Assembly: GCA_032718475.1 (NCBI GenBank)
Contig: JAUCBJ010009147.1
Coordinates: 22,242 to 86,241, forward strand
DNA length: 64,000 nucleotides
Direction of reading: 5' to 3'
From: Nemertoderma westbladi
Taxonomy: Eukaryota; Animalia; Xenacoelomorpha
The translations under genes and the position numbers were made by a program. The notes below the pieces were generated by a model, which was given only the letters and a program-made list of their open reading frames with translations, was not told where the DNA came from and searched no databases. Below, piece after piece: positions 53,281 to 64,000 of the stretch (position 1 is the stretch's first letter; every line of letters starts with the position of its first letter).

Positions 53281-53613
53281 TTGGTTAATGGTAATACCAG
53301 AGTCGCAAAATCTGGACAAACTCTAGAATAACTGTAATGAGCCGCAATTATTATATTACTTGATAATAGTTAATGGTGATGCAATGGTATATTATGAATT
53401 CACAATATTACTAAAATGTTTAGTATAATTAGACCCTTAGAAATTCTGACTATCTCGTACGTCCCGGCACCACTATTGTATATTTTGTCCCTTCTGTAAA
53501 TAATTTAGTTAAATTTTCTTTATTTTTCCATTGAGTTTATTACGTAAGTATATAGTTTAATCATATTTCTTAATAATTCACAAATTTTCGTTTAAGTTAA
53601 TATTTATTATCGT

Positions 53614-53723
53614 AATAAAAATTATTATATTTCCAAGAATGTACATTTTTGGTAAATACGTCTGCGTTAAACCTACAGCCACAACATCTCAATTCCCTAT
53701 GTTATTACCGACACAATAATAAA
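53614..53723 (+). promoter_or_regulatory. Candidate polyadenylation signals
   Basis: AATAAA at 53614-53619 and 53718-53723 in AT-rich sequence after the stop codon. Confidence 0.35.
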
Positions 53724-53794
53724 CACAATACTGACTAGGCTGGCTACCTTAACTTATGGGATATTCGAAATAACGTCAGATAATATTAGGTCAT

Positions 53795-54640
53795 TGGTCA
53801 GTAAGGATGGCACATTTTTGCAAATTCACACTTTTGCTTATAAATCCAGTTCACATCAACCGATTTTAATGGTTGATGGCTCGTTTTGAAGATTAGAGCG
53901 AGCTCTACAACATAGATAAAATCTGAGTTGCACACTAATATTGTATTTTCACTACAAGAAGTCAAGTCATAAAAATGTATACCTTGGTGTCTACCTTGGG
54001 CGTTGCAAAATATAGTCCCCCTGAAATAAGCTGCCATACAGAAATATGACTTGAATATCTTGGCCAATATTATATACCAATCGATAGAGTGGACGTTGCT
54101 TCTTCATTTAATCACAAAGGGCACATAAACATGACCCATGGCTTAAAATAACGTCTAGCATAGCAAACTATATAGAATTTCACTTTTTTCTTAAAAAAAA
54201 TACTGTAAAAACAACATCTACAGACTGTCTACATGGTGTCGGGATGCCGCCAAATAAACATTTATTGTAATGAGTATTGATTCTGCTTCCCAAATTATAT
54301 CTATTCGACCCTCCTACTTCCTGCAATTTGACCACACAATCTGTTTAAGGAGGGTAGGACACGATTTTGGATAAATATGTATACCCTTGGAACATAACTT
54401 TGACTGCCTGTCATTTTCTACAAACGAACGGGTTTATATCGGCACTTACAATTTTAATTACTTCTATAGAGCCCTTTGTGTTGGCTAAGATAAATTGTCG
54501 CTGCCCTTCCCGTTTCTATGATACTGCAGTATATTGGTATACCTTGGTATAAGAAACTTGTCCTTGGAATTTGTATCCCTTGGAAGTGAAAGAGTTTGTT
54601 CGTTCCAAGGTAGACATTTTTATACCAAGGTAGACAGTTT
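53795..54640. mobile_element. Possible degraded DNA-transposon remnant
   Basis: ataaaaatgtataccttgg (53969-53987) is an inverted match to ccaaggtagacatttttat (54605-54623); several more taccttgg-like motifs lie between. Confidence 0.3.
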
Positions 54641-54689
54641 TAGCTCATTATAGATATTATAATGTTCAAGGTATACTCTATCAGTGTGA

Positions 54690-57600
54690 TAAACAATGGG
54701 ACAGCAACACGCCAAGCTTCTACAATGTTTTCAAGGTATACAATGCAATTAATACACGGTAGGCGTTTAACAGCCCCAATACGATATAAACAATGGGGTC
54801 AAGCTTCAACAACGACTCCAAGGTATACAATACAATTAGTACACGGTAGGCGTTTAACAGCCCCACTACGATATAAACAATGGGGCCAAACTTCAACAAC
54901 GACTCCAAGGTATACAATACAATTAATACACGGTAGGCGTTTAACAGCCCCAATACGATATAAACAATGGGGTCAAGCTTCAACAATGACTCCAAGGTAT
55001 ACAATACAATTAGTACACGGTAGGCGTTTAACAGCCCCAATACGATATAAACAATGGGGTCAAGCTTCAACAACGACTCCAAGGTATACAATACAATTAA
55101 TACACGGTAGGCGTTTAACAGCCCCACTACGATATAAACAATGGGGCCAAACTTCAACAACGACTCCAAGGTATACAATACAATTAATACACGGTAGGCG
55201 TTTAACAGCCCCACTACGATATAAACAATGGGGTCAAGCTTCAACAACGACTCCAAGGTATACAATACAATTAATACACGGTAGGCGTTTAACAGCCCCA
55301 CTACGATATACATAATGGGGCCAAACTTCAACAACGACTCCAAGGTATACAATACAATTAATACAACACGGTCTAGGCGTTTAACAGCCCCAATACGATA
55401 TAAACAATGGGGTCAAGCTTCAACAACGACTCCAAGGTATACAATACAATTAATACACGGTAGGCGTTTAACAGCCCCACTACGATATACATAATGGGGC
55501 CAAACTTCAACAACGACTCCAAGGTATACAATACAATTAATACAACACGGTCTAGGCGTTTAACAGCCCCAATACGATATAAACAATGGGGTCAAGCTTC
55601 AACAACGACTCCAAGGTATACAATACAATTAATACACGGTAGGCGTTTAACAGCCCCAATACGATATAAACAATGGGGTCAAGCTTCAACAACGACTCCA
55701 AGGTATACAATACAATTAATACACGGTAGGCGTTTAACAGCCCCACTACGATATAAACAATGGGGCCAAACTTCAACAACGACTCCAAGGTATACAATAC
55801 AATTAATACACGGTAGGCGTTTAACAGCCCCACTACGATATAAACAATGGGGCCAAACTTCAACAACGACTCCAAGGTATACAATACAATTAATACAACA
55901 CGGTCTAGGCGTTTAACAGCCCCAATACGATATAAACAATGGGGTCAAGCTTCAACAACGACTCCAAGGTATACAATACAATTAATACACGGTAGGCGTT
56001 TAACAGCCCCAATACGATATAAACAATGGGGTCAAGCTTCAACAACGACTCCAAGGTATACAATACAATTAATACACGGTAGGCGTTTAACAGCCCCACT
56101 ACGATATAAACAATGGGGCCAAACTTCAACAACGACTCCAAGGTATACAATACAATTAATACACGGTAGGCGTTTAACAGCCCCACTACGATATAAACAA
56201 TGGGGCCAAACTTCAACAACGACTCCAAGGTATACAATACAATTAATACACGGTAGGCGTTTAACAGCCCCACTACGATATAAACAATGGGGTCAAGCTT
56301 CAACAACGACTCCAAGGTATACAATACAATTAATACACGGTAGGCGTTTAACAGCCCCACTACGATATACATAATGGGGCCAAACTTCAACAACGACTCC
56401 AAGGTATACAATACAATTAATACAACACGGTCTAGGCGTTTAACAGCCCCAATACGATATAAACAATGGGGTCAAGCTTCAACAACGACTCCAAGGTATA
56501 CAATACAATTAATACACGGTAGGCGTTTAACAGCCCCACTACGATATACATAATGGGGCCAAACTTCAACAACGACTCCAAGGTATACAATACAATTAAT
56601 ACAACACGGTCTAGGCGTTTAACAGCCCCAATACGATATAAACAATGGGGTCAAGCTTCAACAACGACTCCAAGGTATACAATACAATTAGTACACGGTA
56701 GGCGTTTAACAGCCCCACTACGATATAAACAATGGGGCCAAACTTCAACAACGACTCCAAGGTATACAATACAATTAATACAACACGGTCTAGGCGTTTA
56801 ACAGCCCCAATACGATATAAACAATGGGGTCAAGCTTCAACAACGACTCCAAGGTATACAATACAATTAATACACGGTAGGCGTTTAACAGCCCCAATAC
56901 GATATAAACAATGGGGTCAAGCTTCAACAACGACTCCAAGGTATACAATACAATTAATACAACACGGTCTAGGCGTTTAACAGCCCCAATACGATATAAA
57001 CAATGGGGTCAAGCTTCAACAACGACTCCAAGGTATACAATACAATTAATACACGGTAGGCGTTTAACAGCCCCAATACGATATAAACAATGGGGTCAAG
57101 CTTCAACAACGACTCCAAGGTATACAATACAATTAATACACGGTAGGCGTTTAACAGCCCCAATACGATATAAACAATGGGGTCAAGCTTCAACAACGAC
57201 TCCAAGGTATACAATACAATTAATACACGGTAGGCGTTTAACAGCCCCACTACGATATAAACAATGGGGCCAAACTTCAACAACGACTCCAAGGTATACA
57301 ATACAATTAATACACGGTAGGCGTTTAACAGCCCCAATACGATATAAACAATGGGGTCAAGCTTCAACAATGACTCCAAGGTATACAATACAATTAATAC
57401 AACACGGTCTAGGCGTTTAACAGCCCCACTACGATATACATAATGGGGCCAAACTTCAACAACGACTCCAAGGTATACAATACAATTAATACAACACGGT
57501 CTAGGCGTTTAACAGCCCCAATACGATATAAACAATGGGGTCAAGCTTCAACAACGACTCCAAGGTATACAATACAATTAGTACACGGTAGGCGTTTAAC

Positions 57601-60600
57601 AGCCCCACTACGATATAAACAATGGGGTCAAGCTTCAACAACGACTCCAAGGTATACAATACAATTAATACACGGTAGGCGTTTAACAGCCCCACTACGA
57701 TATACATAATGGGGCCAAACTTCAACAACGACTCCAAGGTATACAATACAATTAATACACGGTAGGCGTTTAACAGCCCCACTACGATATAAACAATGGG
57801 GCCAAACTTCAACAACGACTCCAAGGTATACAATACAATTAATACAACACGGTCTAGGCGTTTAACAGCCCCAATACGATATAAACAATGGGGTCAAGCT
57901 TCAACAACGACTCCAAGGTATACAATACAATTAATACACGGTAGGCGTTTAACAGCCCCACTACGATATAAACAATGGGGTCAAGCTTCAACAACGACTC
58001 CAAGGTATACAATACAATTAATACAACACGGTCTAGGCGTTTAACAGCCCCAATACGATATAAACAATGGGGTCAAGCTTCAACAACGACTCCAAGGTAT
58101 ACAATACAATTAATACAACACGGTCTAGGCGTTTAACAGCCCCACTACGATATAAACAATGGGGTCAAGCTTCAACAACGACTCCAAGGTATACAATACA
58201 ATTAATACAACACGGTCTAGGCGTTTAACAGCCCCAATACGATATAAACAATGGGGTCAAGCTTCAACAACGACTCCAAGGTATACAATACAATTAATAC
58301 AACACGGTCTAGGCGTTTAACAGCCCCAATACGATATAAACAATGGGGTCAAGCTTCAACAACGACTCCAAGGTATACAATACAATTAATACAACACGGT
58401 CTAGGCGTTTAACAGCCCCAATACGATATAAACAATGGGGTCAAGCTTCAACAACGACTCCAAGGTATACAATACAATTAATACACGGTAGGCGTTTAAC
58501 AGCCCCACTACGATATAAACAATGGGGCCAAACTTCAACAACGACTCCAAGGTATACAATACAATTAATACAACACGGTCTAGGCGTTTAACAGCCCCAA
58601 TACGATATAAACAATGGGGTCAAGCTTCAACAACGACTCCAAGGTATACAATACAATTAATACACGGTAGGCGTTTAACAGCCCCACTACGATATAAACA
58701 ATGGGGCCAAACTTCAACAACGACTCCAAGGTATACAATACAATTAATACAACACGGTCTAGGCGTTTAACAGCCCCACTACGATATAAACAATGGGGTC
58801 AAGCTTCAACAACGACTCCAAGGTATACAATACAATTAATACACGGTAGGCGTTTAACAGCCCCACTACGATATAAACAATGGGGCCAAACTTCAACAAC
58901 GACTCCAAGGTATACAATACAATTAATACAACACGGTCTAGGCGTTTAACAGCCCCAATACGATATAAACAATGGGGCCAAGCTTCAACAACGACTCCAA
59001 GGTATACAATACAATTAATACACGGTAGGCGTTTAACAGCCCCAATACGATATAAACAATGGGGTCAAGCTTCAACAACGACTCCAAGGTATACAATACA
59101 ATTAATACACGGTAGGCGTTTAACAGCCCCAATACGATATAAACAATGGGGTCAAGCTTCAACAACGACTCCAAGGTATACAATACAATTAATACAACAC
59201 GGTCTAGGCGTTTAACAGCCCCACTACGATATAAACAATGGGGTCAAGCTTCAACAACGACTCCAAGGTATACAATACAATTAATACACGGTAGGCGTTT
59301 AACAGCCCCACTACGATATAAACAATGGGGCCAAACTTCAACAACGACTCCAAGGTATACAATACAATTAATACAACACGGTCTAGGCGTTTAACAGCCC
59401 CAATACGATATAAACAATGGGGCCAAGCTTCAACAACGACTCCAAGGTATACAATACAATTAATACACGGTAGGCGTTTAACAGCCCCAATACGATATAA
59501 ACAATGGGGTCAAGCTTCAACAACGACTCCAAGGTATACAATACAATTAATACACGGTAGGCGTTTAACAGCCCCAATACGATATAAACAATGGGGTCAA
59601 GCTTCAACAACGACTCCAAGGTATACAATACAATTAGTACACGGTAGGCGTTTAACAGCCCCACTACGATATAAACAATGGGGCCAAGCTTCAACAACGA
59701 CTCCAAGGTATACAATACAATTAATACACGGTAGGCGTTTAACAGCCCCAATACGATATAAACAATGGGGTCAAGCTTCAACAACGACTCCAAGGTATAC
59801 AATACAATTAATACAACACGGTCTAGGCGTTTAACAGCCCCAATACGATATAAACAATGGGGCCAAGCTTCAACAACGACTCCAAGGTATACAATACAAT
59901 TAATACACGGTAGGCGTTTAACAGCCCCAATACGATATAAACAATGGGGTCAAGCTTCAACAACGACTCCAAGGTATACAATACAATTAATACACGGTAG
60001 GCGTTTAACAGCCCCAATACGATATAAACAATGGGGCCAAACTTCAACAACGACTCCAAGGTATACAATACAATTAATACAACACGGTCTAGGCGTTTAA
60101 CAGCCCCAATACGATATAAACAATGGGGTCAAGCTTCAACAACGACTCCAAGGTATACAATACAATTAATACAACACGGTCTAGGCGTTTAACAGCCCCA
60201 ATACGATATAAACAATGGGGTCAAGCTTCAACAACGACTCCAAGGTATACAATACAATTAATACAACACGGTCTAGGCGTTTAACAGCCCCAATACGATA
60301 TAAACAATGGGGTCAAGCTTCAACAACGACTCCAAGGTATACAATACAATTAATACACGGTAGGCGTTTAACAGCCCCACTACGATATACATAATGGGGC
60401 CAAACTTCAACAACGACTCCAAGGTATACAATACAATTAATACAACACGGTCTAGGCGTTTAACAGCCCCAATACGATATAAACAATGGGGTCAAGCTTC
60501 AACAACGACTCCAAGGTATACAATACAATTAATACAACACGGTCTAGGCGTTTAACAGCCCCACTACGATATACATAATGGGGCCAAACTTCAACAACGA

Positions 60601-63600
60601 CTCCAAGGTATACAATACAATTAATACAACACGGTCTAGGCGTTTAACAGCCCCAATACGATATAAACAATGGGGCCAAGCTTCAACAACGACTCCAAGG
60701 TATACAATACAATTAATACACGGTAGGCGTTTAACAGCCCCACTACGATATACATAATGGGGCCAAACTTCAACAACGACTCCAAGGTATACAATACAAT
60801 TAATACAACACGGTCTAGGCGTTTAACAGCCCCAATACGATATAAACAATGGGGTCAAGCTTCAACAACGACTCCAAGGTATACAATACAATTAATACAC
60901 GGTAGGCGTTTAACAGCCCCAATACGATATAAACAATGGGGCCAAGCTTCAACAACGACTCCAAGGTATACAATACAATTAATACAACACGGTCTAGGCG
61001 TTTAACAGCCCCAATACGATATAAACAATGGGGCCAAGCTTCAACAACGACTCCAAGGTATACAATACAATTAATACACGGTAGGCGTTTAACAGCCCCA
61101 CTACGATATACATAATGGGGCCAAACTTCAACAACGACTCCAAGGTATACAATACAATTAATACACGGTAGGCGTTTAACAGCCCCACTACGATATAAAC
61201 AATGGGGCCAAACTTCAACAACGACTCCAAGGTATACAATACAATTAATACAACACGGTCTAGGCGTTTAACAGCCCCAATACGATATAAACAATGGGGT
61301 CAAGCTTCAACAACGACTCCAAGGTATACAATACAATTAATACAACACGGTCTAGGCGTTTAACAGCCCCAATACGATATAAACAATGGGGCCAAGCTTC
61401 AACAACGACTCCAAGGTATACAATACAATTAATACAACACGGTCTAGGCGTTTAACAGCCCCAATACGATATAAACAATGGGGCCAAGCTTCAACAACGA
61501 CTCCAAGGTATACAATACAATTAATACACGGTAGGCGTTTAACAGCCCCAATACGATATAAACAATGGGGCCAAGCTTCAACAACGACTCCAAGGTATAC
61601 AATACAATTAATACACGGTAGGCGTTTAACAGCCCCAATACGATATAAACAATGGGGTCAAGCTTCAACAATGACTCCAAGGTATACAATACAATTAATA
61701 CACGGTAGGCGTTTAACAGCCCCACTACGATATACATAATGGGGCCAAACTTCAACAACGACTCCAAGGTATACAATACAATTAATACAACACGGTCTAG
61801 GCGTTTAACAGCCCCAATACGATATAAACAATGGGGCCAAGCTTCAACAACGACTCCAAGGTATACAATACAATTAATACACGGTAGGCGTTTAACAGCC
61901 CCACTACGATATAAACAATGGGGCCAAACTTCAACAACGACTCCAAGGTATACAATACAATTAATACAACACGGTCTAGGCGTTTAACAGCCCCAATACG
62001 ATATAAACAATGGGGCCAAGCTTCAACAACGACTCCAAGGTATACAATACAATTAGTACACGGTAGGCGTTTAACAGCCCCAATACGATATAAACAATGG
62101 GGTCAAGCTTCAACAACGACTCCAAGGTATACAATACAATTAATACACGGTAGGCGTTTAACAGCCCCAATACGATATAAACAATGGGGTCAAGCTTCAA
62201 CAACGACTCCAAGGTATACAATACAATTAATACACGGTAGGCGTTTAACAGCCCCAATACGATATAAACAATGGGGCCAAGCTTCAACAACGACTCCAAG
62301 GTATACAATACAATTAGTACACGGTAGGCGTTTAACAGCCCCAATACGATATAAACAATGGGGCCAAGCTTCAACAACGACTCCAAGGTATACAATACAA
62401 TTAATACACGGTAGGCGTTTAACAGCCCCACTACGATATAAACAATGGGGCCAAACTTCAACAACGACTCCAAGGTATACAATACAATTAATACAACACG
62501 GTCTAGGCGTTTAACAGCCCCACTACGATATACATAATGGGGCCAAACTTCAACAACGACTCCAAGGTATACAATACAATTAATACAACACGGTCTAGGC
62601 GTTTAACAGCCCCAATACGATATAAACAATGGGGTCAAGCTTCAACAACGACTCCAAGGTATACAATACAATTAATACACGGTAGGCGTTTAACAGCCCC
62701 ACTACGATATACATAATGGGGCCAAACTTCAACAACGACTCCAAGGTATACAATACAATTAATACACGGTAGGCGTTTAACAGCCCCAATACGATATAAA
62801 CAATGGGGCCAAACTTCAACAACGACTCCAAGGTATACAATACAATTAATACACGGTAGGCGTTTAACAGCCCCACTACGATATACATAATGGGGCCAAA
62901 CTTCAACAACGACTCCAAGGTATACAATACAATTAATACACGGTAGGCGTTTAACAGCCCCACTACGATATACATAATGGGGCCAAACTTCAACAACGAC
63001 TCCAAGGTATACAATACAATTAATACAACACGGTCTAGGCGTTTAACAGCCCCAATACGATATAAACAATGGGGTCAAGCTTCAACAACGACTCCAAGGT
63101 ATACAATACAATTAATACACGGTAGGCGTTTAACAGCCCCACTACGATATACATAATGGGGCCAAACTTCAACAACGACTCCAAGGTATACAATACAATT
63201 AATACAACACGGTCTAGGCGTTTAACAGCCCCAATACGATATAAACAATGGGGTCAAGCTTCAACAACGACTCCAAGGTATACAATACAATTAATACACG
63301 GTAGGCGTTTAACAGCCCCACTACGATATAAACAATGGGGCCAAGCTTCAACAACGACTCCAAGGTATACAATACAATTAATACACGGTAGGCGTTTAAC
63401 AGCCCCACTACGATATACATAATGGGGCCAAACTTCAACAACGACTCCAAGGTATACAATACAATTAATACAACACGGTCTAGGCGTTTAACAGCCCCAA
63501 TACGATATAAACAATGGGGTCAAGCTTCAACAACGACTCCAAGGTATACAATACAATTAATACACGGTAGGCGTTTAACAGCCCCACTACGATATACATA

Positions 63601-64000
63601 ATGGGGCCAAACTTCAACAACGACTCCAAGGTATACAATACAATTAATACAACACGGTCTAGGCGTTTAACAGCCCCAATACGATATAAACAATGGGGTC
63701 AAGCTTCAACAACGACTCCAAGGTATACAATACAATTAGTACACGGTAGGCGTTTAACAGCCCCAATACGATATAAACAATGGGGTCAAGCTTCAACAAC
63801 GACTCCAAGGTATACAATACAATTAATACACGGTAGGCGTTTAACAGCCCCACTACGATATAAACAATGGGGCCAAACTTCAACAACGACTCCAAGGTAT
63901 ACAATACAATTAATACACGGTAGGCGTTTAACAGCCCCACTACGATATACATAATGGGGCCAAACTTCAACAACGACTCCAAGGTATACAATACAATTAA
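54690..64000. repeat. 87/92-bp satellite, >100 units, running off the window end
   Basis: Unit CAACGACTCCAAGGTATACAATACAATTAATACACGGTAGGCGTTTAACAGCCCCAATACGATATAAACAATGGGGTCAAGCTTCAA; the 92-bp variant reads TACAACACGGTCTAGG. Confidence 0.99.

Noticed and set aside
54662-63991. Dozens of repetitive ORFs on both strands (RRLTAPIRYKQWGQ..., MYTLESLLK...)
   Set aside because: They arise because the 87-bp unit is divisible by three; each 92-bp unit shifts the frame, and no domain is recognisable.
2568-64000. CRISPR-like or telomeric interpretation of the arrays
   Set aside because: Units are head-to-tail with no unique spacers, there are no cas genes, and the context is a spliced eukaryotic gene. 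GTTAGTTGGG is not a canonical telomere repeat and derives from a splice donor.

Overview
AT-rich animal (probably invertebrate) genomic DNA; roughly 70% of the window is tandem repeat. One plus-strand multi-exon gene can be assembled by hand with GT-AG boundaries and matching phases at every junction: 1975-2182, 32285-32562, 33217-34241, 34575-34978, 41566-46140, 48018-48190, 49456-49650 and 53215-53280 (6924 nt, 2307 aa plus stop; the 5' end lies upstream of the window). It encodes a long Pro/Ser/Gln/Thr-rich protein ending in an MBD5/six-banded-type PWWP domain and a KRKRR tail, so it is probably an MBD5/6-family gene. Its introns contain a ~29.7 kb 20-bp satellite (with a 100-N gap and ~4.45 kb higher-order blocks), a nested transposon stack (Helitron > foldback > MULE-like > RTE fragment/SINE, plus a poly(A) retro-insertion), and 30-bp and 50-bp arrays whose units are copies of the exon end plus the 5' splice site. 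An 87/92-bp satellite fills the last 9.3 kb and may also start at an exon/donor junction. The most unusual feature is this repeated amplification of splice-donor junctions. Family assignments come from recalled motifs, not database searches.
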